Notes under the pieces: generated by a model | Seen by the model: the letters and a program-made list of their open reading frames with translations, nothing else | What the model was told of the DNA's origin: nothing | Database searches by the model: none | NCBI GenBank assembly: GCA_963734495.1 | Contig: CAVTHK010000011.1 | Location: 64,001 to 128,000 of the forward strand | From: an uncultured Spirochaetota bacterium | GTDB lineage: Bacteria; Spirochaetota; Spirochaetia; SZUA-6; CAVTHK01 | DNA: 64,000 bases | Direction: 5' to 3' | Shown: positions 41,592-51,470 of the stretch, piece by piece | How the letters are laid out: the number at the start of each line of letters is the position of its first letter | Position numbering within the stretch: position 1 is the first letter of the stretch | Program-made: the position numbers and the translations under genes

Positions 41592-42906
41592 GTGGAACGC
41601 GAAGACCTGTGGACCTGGCTCGCCGCCACCCGGCGCGCGACCGAGACTTACCTGCGCGACAGGCTTCTGCCCTTCTGGATGCAGCGGATCCTCGAGCCGA
41701 AATACGGCGGCTTCCGCACCGCCTACGACCGGGACGGGCGGCCGAGCGGCGAGACGCAGAAGACCCTCCTCTGCCAGGGGCGGAGCCTCTTTACCCTCTC
41801 GTTCGCCGCGCGCCTGGGGTGGCACATCCGCGAGCTCGAGCGCCTCGCGCGCGAAGGCTCGCGTTTCCTCGAGCGCTTCCGCGACCCCGAGCACGGCGGC
41901 CACTTCTGGATCCTGGAGGAGGACGGGAGGGTCAAGGATGACTCCAAAGTCGTCTATGGCCTCTCGTTCATGATCTACGCGCTGTCCGAGTTTGCCCTGC
42001 TTACCGGCGACGGCCGGGCACGCGAGGAGGCGGGCTCCCTCTTCGACCTCCTGCTCGCGCGCGCCGCGGACATCGGCCACGGCGGGTTCTTCGAGCACTT
42101 CGACCGGAGGTTCGACCTGGCGGTCGTGCGGCCCGACGGGGTGGCTCACAAGTCGCTGGACGTGCACATGCACCTGATGGAGGCCTTTACCACGCTCTAT
42201 GAGCTCACCGGCCGGGAGCGGCACAGGCGCGCGCTCGTGGAGATGATCGAGCTCATCTACGGGCGCATGGTCGACCCGGGCACGGGCTGCGGCATCTCGA
42301 TGTTCGCGCCGGACTGGACGCCGATCGCGAACGTGCAGCTCGCAACCGTCTGGGGCTCCGACCGCTTCCAGGCCGGCAAGCCGCCGGAGATGACCTCATA
42401 CGGGCACAACATCGAGCTGGCCTGGCTCACGCTCCACGCGCTCGAAGTGCTTGCCCGTCCTGTCGGGCTTGCCGCGCGGGGCACGACCGGCCGCGGCGCC
42501 TGGCGCCAGCCCCGACGAGGCGCTGATGCGCTCGCGCGTCGAGCGGCTTTTCCGCCACACCGTCGAGCGCGGCGTCGACCGGGAGTACGGCGGTCTCTAC
42601 GTCGAGGGGCCGCGCGACGGCGACGCCACCGACACGGACAAGGAGTTCTGGCAGCAGGCCGAGGCCATGGTGGGCTTTCTCGATGCCTGGCTGCTCCTGC
42701 GCGACGAGCGGTACCTGGAAGCCTTCCGCTCGGTCTACGACTTCGTCTTCGGTCACCTCGTTCACCCGCAGCTCGGCGAGTGGTACGCGCTGGCGGATCG
42801 CCGCGGAAAGGTGCTGCGAAGCTACCTCGGACACAGCTGGAAGATCTGCTACCACACGGTGCGCGCCACCTGCCTGGTCGTGGAAAAACTCAAGAAGATC
42901 GTGTGA
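41592..42906 (+). CDS. AGE-family epimerase (cellobiose/N-acylglucosamine 2-epimerase), +1 frameshift between ~42450 and ~42510
   Basis: KSLDVHMHLMEAF, SYGHNIELAWL, then KEFWQQAEA and WKICYH in the next frame. Confidence 0.85.
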
Positions 42907-42957
42907 AGCCCGGCGCGCGGAGCGCACCGGGCTCAAGGCTCGCGCGCCTCGCGCGCG

Positions 42958-43650
42958 CTACATGTGAAAGAGCCGCCTCAGCTCGGGCCGGCTGCGCAGC
43001 GAGCGCTGGAGAAAGAGCAGCACCAGGACGACCGGCACGATGCACCCGAACGCCACGAGCGACCAGCCTGGCGCGAAGGGACGCGAGAGGTGTCGGTTGA
43101 GGATCTGCTCCAGCCCCAGCAGGTAGAGACCGGCGGCGAGCAGCGCGAGCGCGGTCACCTGCAGAGGCGGCCGCCGACGCGCGATCGCAGCGGTGGCCGC
43201 GGCGAGCACGACGGCCAGCAGCGCCGCCGGAAGCGCCAGGGGCACGAACCACGGCGGGCCGGCCGTCAGCTTGTCGAGGCCGTAGAGAAAGGCGAGCAGG
43301 GCGGCCGTCTGGCAGCCGAGCCAGACGAGCGGCCGCGGGCAGGAGACGATAGCGACGACCGCCGAGACCCACAGAAAGCCGATGGCGGCCAGCGGGTACA
43401 GCGACCACGTGAGCCGCATGCGGTAGGCAAAGTCCGCTGCGAACACCACGGTCGCCGCCGCGCCGGCCAGGATCGTCGCCGCCTCCAGCATCCAGCGCCT
43501 CATCGCGCGCGGCGCCCCGCGCGGCTCGGGGGGGCGCGGCGCCGCCTTCGGCTCGCCGGGGGTGTCCGCGGAGCCCAGCGGCGTCCCGCACAGCGGGCAG
43601 CGAGCCAGCCCTTCTTCAACCTCTACTCCGCAGCTCCTGCACAGACTCAT
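42958..43650 (-). CDS. Zinc-ribbon membrane protein (DUF6320-like)
   Basis: CRSC...CPLC followed by about six TM segments, ending LRRLFHM. Confidence 0.7.
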   Translation of the reverse strand: MSLCRSCGVEVEEGLARCPLCGTPLGSADTPGEPKAAPRPPEPRGAPRAMRRWMLEAATILAGAAATVVFAADFAYRMRLTWSLYPLAAIGFLWVSAVVAIVSCPRPLVWLGCQTAALLAFLYGLDKLTAGPPWFVPLALPAALLAVVLAAATAAIARRRPPLQVTALALLAAGLYLLGLEQILNRHLSRPFAPGWSLVAFGCIVPVVLVLLFLQRSLRSRPELRRLFHM

Positions 43651-43652
43651 CT

Positions 43653-44924
43653 CTATCGCTCCCCGACGGTCACCCCGACGCCCTTGCCCGCGAGCGTGGT
43701 GAAGAACCGCCGCTCGACCTCGCGGTCCTCGACGACGCTTCCGAACGCCACGCGCAGCTCGCCGCGGAAGCTGAGCACGGCGCAGTTCTTCTTTATGCTC
43801 GAATTCGGGCCGAGCGCGAAGCCGAACGACGCGATGTGGGAATCGATCGCCTCGGGGACCGTTACCCGCCCGAGGTTGGAGAGGACTCCGGAGTAGACCC
43901 GTTCGCCGAGACGCCTGTTGGCGACCGAGAGCATCATGTCCTTGAGCGGCAGCGGCACGGCGCGGATCAGCGGGTTCCTCTCCGCGCCGACGTTGCGCGC
44001 GATCTGTCGCGCGAGCTGCTTCTCATCGACCTCCATGCGCATGCTGTGGTGCACCCGGGCGACGATCTCTTCGAGGCTGTACTCGCCGACGGCGAGGTCG
44101 ATCTCCGGCGAGACGAACAGCGAGAAATTCCGCATGGTCTCGGACGGGTGGAACTGGCGCATGTTCACAGGAACCTCGAGGCGGATGACGGTCCGCCTCC
44201 CGCCCGAGCGGCGGCGCGTCTCGGAAAGCGCATGCATGTAGAGCGCGACGAGGTACTCGGTGAGGCTCGCGCCCTGCTCGCGCGCGAGCTCCAGAACGGA
44301 CGCGAGCGGCATCCGGCCGGTGAGGATGCGGTAGCCGGGCGCCGGCCGCCTGCCGCCGGCGAGCTGCCAGGCGGGCGCCAGGCGCGGAGGCTTCGGCAGC
44401 CGGCCGCGGAAGAAGCGGTTGTGGGCGTCCTCGAACTCCCCCGCGGCCGGCTCCTCCGCAGGGTCCAGGAACGGCGCGCGATCCCCGACCCGCACCCCGC
44501 ACTGCGACAGGTACTCGGTCACCAGCGTTCCGAGGAACCGGAGGCCCCCGCCCCCGTCGGTGAGGACGTGCGAAAAATCGACGGCGACGCCGCGGCCCCT
44601 CGCCTGGACGCGCAGCAGGTGCGTGTCGCGCCGGCGCAGCGCGATCATGGAGACCGGCAGGTCGCCCATGGGCTCGATCGCGGGGACTCCCTCGTGGCGC
44701 AGCAGGTAGTACCAGAAGACGCCGCGCCGGAGATAGACCTGAAAGTACGGGCAGCGCCGCAGCACGACCCTCAGCGCTTCGGCGAGCGCCGCGATCCGCA
44801 CCGGCGTCGCGAGCTCGACCGACAGGCGGAACACGGCGGGGGAGCCGGGCGTAAAGGAAGAGGGGTAGATCTTTGCCGCGTTGTCCAGCCTGAGCCAGTC
44901 GCTTTCGCGAAGGTCGGTTGTCAT
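43653..44924 (-). CDS. Condensation-fold acyltransferase (alcohol acetyltransferase-like)
   Basis: WLRLDNAAKIYP, catalytic HVLTDG (HxxxDG), VPVNMR, LSNLG. Confidence 0.78.
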   Translation of the reverse strand: MTTDLRESDWLRLDNAAKIYPSSFTPGSPAVFRLSVELATPVRIAALAEALRVVLRRCPYFQVYLRRGVFWYYLLRHEGVPAIEPMGDLPVSMIALRRRDTHLLRVQARGRGVAVDFSHVLTDGGGGLRFLGTLVTEYLSQCGVRVGDRAPFLDPAEEPAAGEFEDAHNRFFRGRLPKPPRLAPAWQLAGGRRPAPGYRILTGRMPLASVLELAREQGASLTEYLVALYMHALSETRRRSGGRRTVIRLEVPVNMRQFHPSETMRNFSLFVSPEIDLAVGEYSLEEIVARVHHSMRMEVDEKQLARQIARNVGAERNPLIRAVPLPLKDMMLSVANRRLGERVYSGVLSNLGRVTVPEAIDSHIASFGFALGPNSSIKKNCAVLSFRGELRVAFGSVVEDREVERRFFTTLAGKGVGVTVGER

Positions 44925-44946
44925 GGCCTTTTCCGCAGGCAACAGA

Positions 44947-45585
44947 TTACACCCACAGCCCGTGCGCGATGAACTGCAGCCACGGGTCTTCGCCCAGGAC
45001 CAGGTAGTAGATGAGCGTGGCCATCCATCCGTGAAAGACGCCCAGCGGGTAGAGGTTGCGCACGCGGAACCAGGTGCTCGTCGTGATGACGGCCATGACC
45101 GAGGTGGTCAGGACCAGCGCGGGCGAAGGGAGGTGCACGGCGGCAAACGCGACGGCCGTCGTCGCTACGGCCCATCGCTCGCCAACGCCCAGGCCGTCGC
45201 GGAGGTTCCCGGCGAGGAGGGAGACGATGAGGAACTGCTGCACCAGCCCCCACGCGGGATACAGGAGAAGGAGGGGAAGCATGTGCCAGTGCAGGAGCAT
45301 CCGCCCGCTCCAGAGCCCGTACAGCAGGCATGCGATCGCTCCGGCCGCGGCGAACGGCGCCAGGCGCCGCGTCGATTCGCCGATCCCGGCGCCGGTAAAG
45401 CCCCATGCCGCGAGCCGGCCGGGATCCGTGCGCGCGCGCAGCAGGACGTAGCCGGCCCAGAACATGCAAGCCGCGACGATAAAGGGGAGCTTGAAGCCGA
45501 GCCCGTCCGACACGACGAACTTTCCGAAGCCGGTCAGAACGAGGGCGACGATCTCGCCGCGGGCGCGGGTCACCGACGTCTTCAC
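44947..45585 (-). CDS. CPBP/Abi-like intramembrane protein
   Basis: Multiple TMs, FAAVH, RNLYPLGVFHG; the usual EE motif appears as QQ. Confidence 0.65.
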   Translation of the reverse strand: MKTSVTRARGEIVALVLTGFGKFVVSDGLGFKLPFIVAACMFWAGYVLLRARTDPGRLAAWGFTGAGIGESTRRLAPFAAAGAIACLLYGLWSGRMLLHWHMLPLLLLYPAWGLVQQFLIVSLLAGNLRDGLGVGERWAVATTAVAFAAVHLPSPALVLTTSVMAVITTSTWFRVRNLYPLGVFHGWMATLIYYLVLGEDPWLQFIAHGLWV

Positions 45586-46640
45586 GGCTGAGCCCTCAGC
45601 AGGGAGAGAGGGATCTCCTGCCGCAGCTTCTCCCGCCCTTCCGCATCCAGGATCCGTACGGTGAGCAGCGGGTCCTCGCGGTCCCAGTCGATGTCGAGGG
45701 CGCCCACGTTGTGTCCGATATAAGCGCCGCCGACCCGGAACCTGTTCCGATCGGGCTCGTCGACGGGGGACTTCCGGTTGAGCCCGCTCGAGGTCACGTC
45801 GTAGAGCGGGTAAAGCCCTTCCGCGTCGAGGCGGGAGATCTCGGCAAAGTGGCGGTCCCCGCTCAGGAAGATCACCCCCGAGGCCTCCGTCCTGCTCAGG
45901 GTCTCCAGCAGCCGCTTCTGCTCCAGCGGGAAGTTGGCCCATGCCTCCCAGCCGTGCTGCGCGGCAAGCACCTGGATGCTCGAGACGATCAATCGCACCC
46001 GCGCGGGCTCGCGCAGCCGCTCTTCGAGCCAGCGCCACTGCTCCCCGCCGAGGATCGTCGCCGAGGGGTTGTCGTCGGCCACGTAGGGGCCGTGGGTCAG
46101 GCCGGGGATCCGGCCGATGCGCAGCCGCGAGCGGAAGTACCGCGTGTCGAGCAGGATGATCTGAACGCGACGGCCGGGCGGCCCGAAGAAGGCGCTGTCG
46201 TAAACGCCGTCGTGCGCGCGCCGCGGAGAGTCCGCGGGCACGCGCCAGAAATCGAGGAAGTGCTCCCTCGACATGACTTTCGCGGGGAAATCGCCGCCCG
46301 CGTCGTTGGCGCCGTAGTCGTGGTCGTCCCAGGTCGCCAGCACCGGGCAGGCCGCCTCGAGCCGCTGGAACGCGGGGTCGTTCCGCAGCTCCGCGTAGCG
46401 ACGCTCGAGGACTGCGGGGTCCGACGTATCCGCGTACACGTTGTCGCCCATGAAGATGAAGAGATCGGGCCGCTCACGCACGGCCACGTCGAGCGTCGGG
46501 TGGGGCCGCGTCGGGATCAGGCAGGAACCGAAGAGGATGCGGCGCAGCGCCTGCTCCTGCGCGGGCAGGGCAGGCGGCAGGCTCGCCGCGATCGCGAGCG
46601 CCGCGGCCAGCGCGCGCAGGCTGACTACACGTGTTCCCAC
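45582..46640 (-). CDS. phoD: PhoD-family alkaline phosphatase/phosphodiesterase (start uncertain)
   Basis: FGSC, GDNVYAD, TWDDHDYG, LLDTRYFR, LSGDRH; signal-like N-terminus. Confidence 0.88.
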   Translation of the reverse strand: MGTRVVSLRALAAALAIAASLPPALPAQEQALRRILFGSCLIPTRPHPTLDVAVRERPDLFIFMGDNVYADTSDPAVLERRYAELRNDPAFQRLEAACPVLATWDDHDYGANDAGGDFPAKVMSREHFLDFWRVPADSPRRAHDGVYDSAFFGPPGRRVQIILLDTRYFRSRLRIGRIPGLTHGPYVADDNPSATILGGEQWRWLEERLREPARVRLIVSSIQVLAAQHGWEAWANFPLEQKRLLETLSRTEASGVIFLSGDRHFAEISRLDAEGLYPLYDVTSSGLNRKSPVDEPDRNRFRVGGAYIGHNVGALDIDWDREDPLLTVRILDAEGREKLRQEIPLSLLRAQP

Positions 46641-47566
46641 GTCGGCACGGGGTACGCGCCGCCCCGCTGCAGCGCCCCGATCGCCGCCCGCACCGCCTCG
46701 CGGTCCTCGCGGTAGGTGACGCCATACCACTGGGCATCGGTCGGCAGCACTTTCATGCGCGCCTCGCCGGTGGCCAGCAGGCGGTTGACCAGCGCCGGGA
46801 TGTAGAGCTCGGCCTTCGGGTCTGCTCCCTTCTCGCGGAGGAACGCGGTGAGCTCGCGCTCCAGGAGCGCGAAGACGGTCGGCGTGAAGCCGAAGAGGTT
46901 CATGGATACGACCTCGTCTCCGCTCAGCTCGAGCCTGCTCCCGTCCGGGCGCAGCGACACGGCGCCGGCGCCCTTCTTCTCGATGCGGGTGTGCTCCTCC
47001 AGGCCCGCGAGCCAGCGCCCGCCGTCCGTTCCTCCGGGTACGCCCGCGCTCACGGTGCAGAGCCCGCGCGACACAGTCCCGTGCTCGGAGAGCGTGTTGC
47101 GGAGCGTAAAGCCGACCATGGCGTAGTCGTGAGATCCGGGCGCCGCCTCGAGGAGGTAACGCGCCATCGCCGCGATCGAGGCGCGGCCGTAGAAATCGTC
47201 GGCGTTGATGACAGCGAAGCCCTCGCGGATCTCGCGACGCGCCGCGTAGACGGCGTGCCCGGTGCCCCATGGCTTGGCGCGCCCGGGCGGCACGCGAAAC
47301 CCCGGCGGGATGTCGTCCATCGACTGCAGGGCGTACGCGACGTCGATGCGGCGCTCGTAGCGGCGGCCGACCGCCTCGCGGAAGTCCTGCTCGATCTCGC
47401 GCCTGATCACGAAGACGACGCGGGCAAAGCCGCTCCTGATCGCGTCGTAGATCGAAAAGTCGATGATCGTCTCGCCGCCCTGGCCGACGGGGTCGATCTG
47501 CTTGATGCCGCCGTAGCGGCTGCCCATCCCTGCCGCGAGCACGAGGAGCGCCGGTTTGCCTGCCAC
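46625..47566 (-). CDS. Sugar-phosphate nucleotidyltransferase (NTP_transferase family)
   Basis: LAAGMGSRYGGIKQ, KPWGTGHA, INADDFYG, WYGVTY. Confidence 0.88.
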   Translation of the reverse strand: MAGKPALLVLAAGMGSRYGGIKQIDPVGQGGETIIDFSIYDAIRSGFARVVFVIRREIEQDFREAVGRRYERRIDVAYALQSMDDIPPGFRVPPGRAKPWGTGHAVYAARREIREGFAVINADDFYGRASIAAMARYLLEAAPGSHDYAMVGFTLRNTLSEHGTVSRGLCTVSAGVPGGTDGGRWLAGLEEHTRIEKKGAGAVSLRPDGSRLELSGDEVVSMNLFGFTPTVFALLERELTAFLREKGADPKAELYIPALVNRLLATGEARMKVLPTDAQWYGVTYREDREAVRAAIGALQRGGAYPVPTWEHV

Positions 47567-47572
47567 GCTGGG

Positions 47573-47579
47573 TATAATA
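47573..47579. promoter_or_regulatory. Bidirectional -10 element in a 30-bp divergent gap
   Basis: TATAAT on + (47573-47578) overlaps TATTAT on - (47579-47574); the latter lies 7 nt before GTG 47566. Confidence 0.55.
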
Positions 47580-47596
47580 CACGGAGGAGGGGCGGG

Positions 47597-48584
47597 ATGG
47601 AAAAGCGAAGGCTGGGGCGGACCGGCCTCGAGATCTCGCGGCTGGTTTTCGGCTGCGGCGCGGTGGGCGGCGTCCTGTTCAACGCGGCGCCTGACGAAGG
47701 GGTCGAGGCGGTGCGGCGCGCGCTCGCCCACGGCATCAACTGGTTCGACACCGCGGCGTCCTACGGCGACGGCAGGTCCGAGCAGCGGCTCGGGGCGATC
47801 CTGCGCGAGCTCGGGGCGACGCCTCGCGTGTCGACCAAGGTCGGGCTCAAGCCCGAAGAGCTCGGCGACATTCCCGGCGCGATCCGCCGCTCGCTCGAGC
47901 GGAGCCTCGAGCGCCTCGGCATGGCGAGGCGTCGACCTCTTTCAGCTCCACAACCATGTGACGCTCGAGCGCGGCGCGCGCCGCAACTCCCTGGGAGTCG
48001 ACGACGTGCTCGGCAAAGGCGGCGTGGCGGAGACGTTCGAGCGCCTCAGGGCCGAAGGGCTCTTCCGCTGGAGCGGCTTTACCGGGCTGGGCGAGACCGC
48101 GGCGCTGGAGCGCATGGTCGAGAGCGGCGCGTTCCACACGATCCAGGCGTACTTCAACGTGCTCAACCCGAGCGCGGTGCTGAGCGTGCCCGCGGGATTC
48201 ACGGCCGTGGACCTCGGGCGGATCGCGGCCACGGCGCACGCGGCGGGCCTCGGCGTGCTGAACATCCGCGTGCTCGCCGCGGGCGCGCTCGCGGGGCGCG
48301 CGCTGCCGGCGGGAGGCGCGCCCCTCACCGAGGGCGCCGATGCCGCGGCCGAGGCCGCGCGCGCCGCCGCGCTGCGGCGCACCCTCGGCATCGGCGAGCG
48401 GGAGCTCCATCGGCTGGCGCTCCGCTTCGCGCTCGCGCGCCCGGAGATCGATGCCGTGCTGGTGGGCTTTGGCACCGCGGACCAGGTCGATGCCGCGGTC
48501 GCGGCGCTGTCCGACCCGCCGATCGACGAGGCGACCCTGCGCGAGATCGCGCGGTTGTACGAAAAGCCGCCGTTCGCAGCCTGA
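47597..48584 (+). CDS. Aldo/keto reductase, +1 frameshift near 47927
   Basis: MEKRRLGRTGLEIS, DTAASYG, STKVG, SLERLG then VDLFQLHN in the next frame; SD GGAGG. Confidence 0.85.
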
Positions 48585-48611
48585 GGCCGCCGCGGCGGCC
48601 TTCAATTCAAT

Positions 48612-49484
48612 TTACATTTTCCCCAGGGCCGCCGAGAGGTAGTCGCTCTTTACGAAGCGCTCGACCACGAACAGGATCACGACGTTGGGCACCACGAGCA
48701 CCAGCGCGACCACGCTTGCGTTGGTCCGGATAAAGTTGTAGCCGAGGAACGAGTAGAGCACGGTCGGGATCGTCTGGAATGTCGGCGTGCCGATCACGAA
48801 CGTCAGGTTGAACTCCTCGAGGCTCGTGATGAACGCGAAGATCATCCCCGCGAGCAGCCCCGGGCGGATCATGGGGAGAAAGATCTCCCTGATCTTGGTC
48901 CAGGTGCCCGCGCCGAGATTCTCGGCCGCGTCGATCACCTCCTGCGGGATCGCCTCGAAGCTCGTGGTCAGCACGCGGATCATGTAGGGAAGCCCGAGCA
49001 GCGTGTGCCCGAGCACCAGGCCGGGGAACGTCTGCGCGAGGCCGAGAGCGGCAAAGACGCGGCTCAGGAACAGCGCAATCACCATTCCTGGCATGATGAT
49101 GGGCAGGAGCACCAGGATCATGACGTACTTCTTGCCCCTCATCTGCATGCGGCCGAGCGCGTACGCGGTGGGAAGCGCGAGGACGAAGGAGAGGGCCACC
49201 GCGAGCGGAGCGAGCGTGTAGCTCGTGGCTATGCCCTTGAGGAGATCGGTGTACTTGAAGACGTACTGCCAGGAGTGGATGGAGAGCCTGGAGGGCAGCG
49301 TCTGGGGATAGGACCACGGGTGGTCGGGGTCGACCAGCGACCAGAGCACCGCCATCGAGAGCGGCGCCCCGATCCAGACGATCTGCACGACGAACAGGAA
49401 GACGATGAGCAGCCAGTAGAAGCGGCTCTTCGCCCCTTCGGAGATCCTCGCGTGCGCCGCCGGGATTGCGAGCGGTTCCGCCAT
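48612..49484 (-). CDS. ABC permease (PotC/YnjC-like)
   Basis: DAAENLGA, IFAFITSLEEF. Confidence 0.88.
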   Translation of the reverse strand: MAEPLAIPAAHARISEGAKSRFYWLLIVFLFVVQIVWIGAPLSMAVLWSLVDPDHPWSYPQTLPSRLSIHSWQYVFKYTDLLKGIATSYTLAPLAVALSFVLALPTAYALGRMQMRGKKYVMILVLLPIIMPGMVIALFLSRVFAALGLAQTFPGLVLGHTLLGLPYMIRVLTTSFEAIPQEVIDAAENLGAGTWTKIREIFLPMIRPGLLAGMIFAFITSLEEFNLTFVIGTPTFQTIPTVLYSFLGYNFIRTNASVVALVLVVPNVVILFVVERFVKSDYLSAALGKM

Positions 49485-49487
49485 CCG

Positions 49488-50354
49488 CTACTCCCTGGTC
49501 AACAGGCCGGCGAGCCTGGAATAGGCGGCCACCACGAACAGAGCCGTGACGATGATCAGCACGCCCTGGACCGCGGCCTGCCCCCACTCCTGGAACATCG
49601 TCGCCGTCGTGAGCATGCGCACGGCGAGCGAGTTGGGGTAGTTGGGGCCCGCGACGCTCGTGATCGGGAAGTCGCCGAACGCCTTGATGAACATCAGGAT
49701 CATGGAGACGAGGATCCCCGGCATGGCGAGGGGCACGTAGATGTCCTTGAGGAGGGCGAGCCTGCCCGCGCCGAGGTTCTTCGCCGCGTCGATGACGTCC
49801 TCGCGGATGCCGGCGAGCGAAGCGGCCAGGATCAGGAGCACGAACGGCAGGTTCTTCCAGACCTGGATGGCGATGACTCCCCAGCCCTGCCTGTCGTTGA
49901 GCATGCGCAGCGGCTCCTTGATGAGGCCGAGGAACATGAGGAGCTGGTTGACCAGGCCGTGGTACGAGATCACGTTCACGATCAGAAAGGCAGCCACGAG
50001 GGCGGGGACGAAGAGCGGGATCTTGATCAGCGAGCCGAGCGTCGACTTGCTCGGGTCGGGCTTGCGGAGGAAGAGGGCGAGGGGCAGCGCGAGGGCTACG
50101 GTGCCGACCGAGCTCCCGACGCCCAGCTTGAGGGAGAACAGCAGCGAGTCCTGGACCTCCCGCGTGCCGAGGATCGCCCAGTGGGCGAGCGTGAACCGCG
50201 ACGGGCCGACCATGCTGAAGAGCCCGAAGCTCTGGAAGACGGTGACCATCACGGCGGCCGTCACGAAGAAGAAGATGAAACCGGCCCCCGGGATGAGCAG
50301 GAGCCACGCGAGCAGCTCGCCCCGCGGCTTCGCGCCTCGCGCACGTGCGCTCAT
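49488..50354 (-). CDS. ABC permease (PotB-like)
   Basis: WKNLPF, DAAKNLGA, PLAMPGI. Confidence 0.88.
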   Translation of the reverse strand: MSARARGAKPRGELLAWLLLIPGAGFIFFFVTAAVMVTVFQSFGLFSMVGPSRFTLAHWAILGTREVQDSLLFSLKLGVGSSVGTVALALPLALFLRKPDPSKSTLGSLIKIPLFVPALVAAFLIVNVISYHGLVNQLLMFLGLIKEPLRMLNDRQGWGVIAIQVWKNLPFVLLILAASLAGIREDVIDAAKNLGAGRLALLKDIYVPLAMPGILVSMILMFIKAFGDFPITSVAGPNYPNSLAVRMLTTATMFQEWGQAAVQGVLIIVTALFVVAAYSRLAGLLTRE

Positions 50355-51409
50355 GCCGATTCCCTTTCGAGCACGCGGATCGCCTCTTCGGGGATCCCGA
50401 GCTCGATCGGGTCCCCCTCGCGGAAGGGACGGCCCGTGCTCATCTGCACGCGGACGCGCACGGTCCCTACGTCGACGAACAGGTCGGTGAGGTTCCCCAT
50501 GAAGATCGCCTGGCTGATCCTGCCCTTTACGCGGTTGGCCATCGGCTCCTGGTAGATCGACACGTCCTCCGGCCGGAAGCTGAAAAGGACGTCCTGGCCC
50601 GCGAGGGGACGATCGCTGCGGAGCGCCAGCTCGCCGAACTCGCCGCGCACGCGGTAGCGGTCGCCCTGGGAGCCGACCACCTGGCCGTGAAAGATGTTGG
50701 CGAGCCCGATGAACCCGGCCACGAAGCTGGTCCGGGGCTGGCAGTAGACGGAGAAGGGATCGCCGACCTGCTCGATCCGGCCCTTGTTCATCACGACGAC
50801 GCGGTCGGAGATCACGAGCGCCTCGGCCTGGTCGTGGGTGACGTAGATCGACGTGATGCCGAGGCGCTTCTGCAGGTTTCGGATCTCGACCCGGACGAAC
50901 TCGCGCAGCTTGGCGTCCAGGTTGGAGAGCGGCTCGTCGAAGAGCAGCACGTCGGGCTCGATGACGATGGCTCGGGCCAGCGCCACCCGCTGCTGCTGGC
51001 CGCCGGAGAGCTCGGAGGGCTTGCGGCTGCCGAGGCCCTCGAGGCCGACCATCTCCAGGACGTTCCTGATGCGCGCTTTCTGCTCGGCGAGAGGGACCTT
51101 CTTCATCCGCAGCCCGAATCGGATGTTCTCGTACACGCTCATATGCGGGAACAGGGCGTAGGACTGGAAGCACATGCCCGTGTTCCGCCTGGCCGGCGGG
51201 ATGTCGTTCATCAGCCTGCCGTTGATGAGGATGTGGCCCCGGTCGGGCAGGAGGAAGCCGGCGATCAGCCGGAGGGTCGTGGTCTTGCCGCAGCCCGAGG
51301 GGCCGAGCAGCGTGATGAACTCGCCCTCGCTGACGTCGAGGTCGAAGCCCTCGACCGCAACGAAATCGCCGAACGTCTTGGTGACGCCAGCGAGCTGCAG
51401 GCCTGACAT
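50351..51409 (-). CDS. ABC ATPase (PotA/FbpC-like)
   Basis: GPSGCGKTT, FQSYALFPH, LSGGQQQR, TOBE-like tail. Confidence 0.93.
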   Translation of the reverse strand: MSGLQLAGVTKTFGDFVAVEGFDLDVSEGEFITLLGPSGCGKTTTLRLIAGFLLPDRGHILINGRLMNDIPPARRNTGMCFQSYALFPHMSVYENIRFGLRMKKVPLAEQKARIRNVLEMVGLEGLGSRKPSELSGGQQQRVALARAIVIEPDVLLFDEPLSNLDAKLREFVRVEIRNLQKRLGITSIYVTHDQAEALVISDRVVVMNKGRIEQVGDPFSVYCQPRTSFVAGFIGLANIFHGQVVGSQGDRYRVRGEFGELALRSDRPLAGQDVLFSFRPEDVSIYQEPMANRVKGRISQAIFMGNLTDLFVDVGTVRVRVQMSTGRPFREGDPIELGIPEEAIRVLERESA

Positions 51410-51470
51410 GTTTTTGCCCTCGGCACGAGGGGGGCCTGGCGGTCCGGTCCCCCCTCACGCGCGTCCGGTC

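Noticed and set aside
39545-41629. Extended N-termini in the ORF track (hydrolase 694 aa, PhoD 666 aa, LacI 483 aa, permeases 543 and 656 aa)
   Set aside because: The extensions overlap upstream genes; internal starts with SD sequences or translational coupling fit family lengths better.
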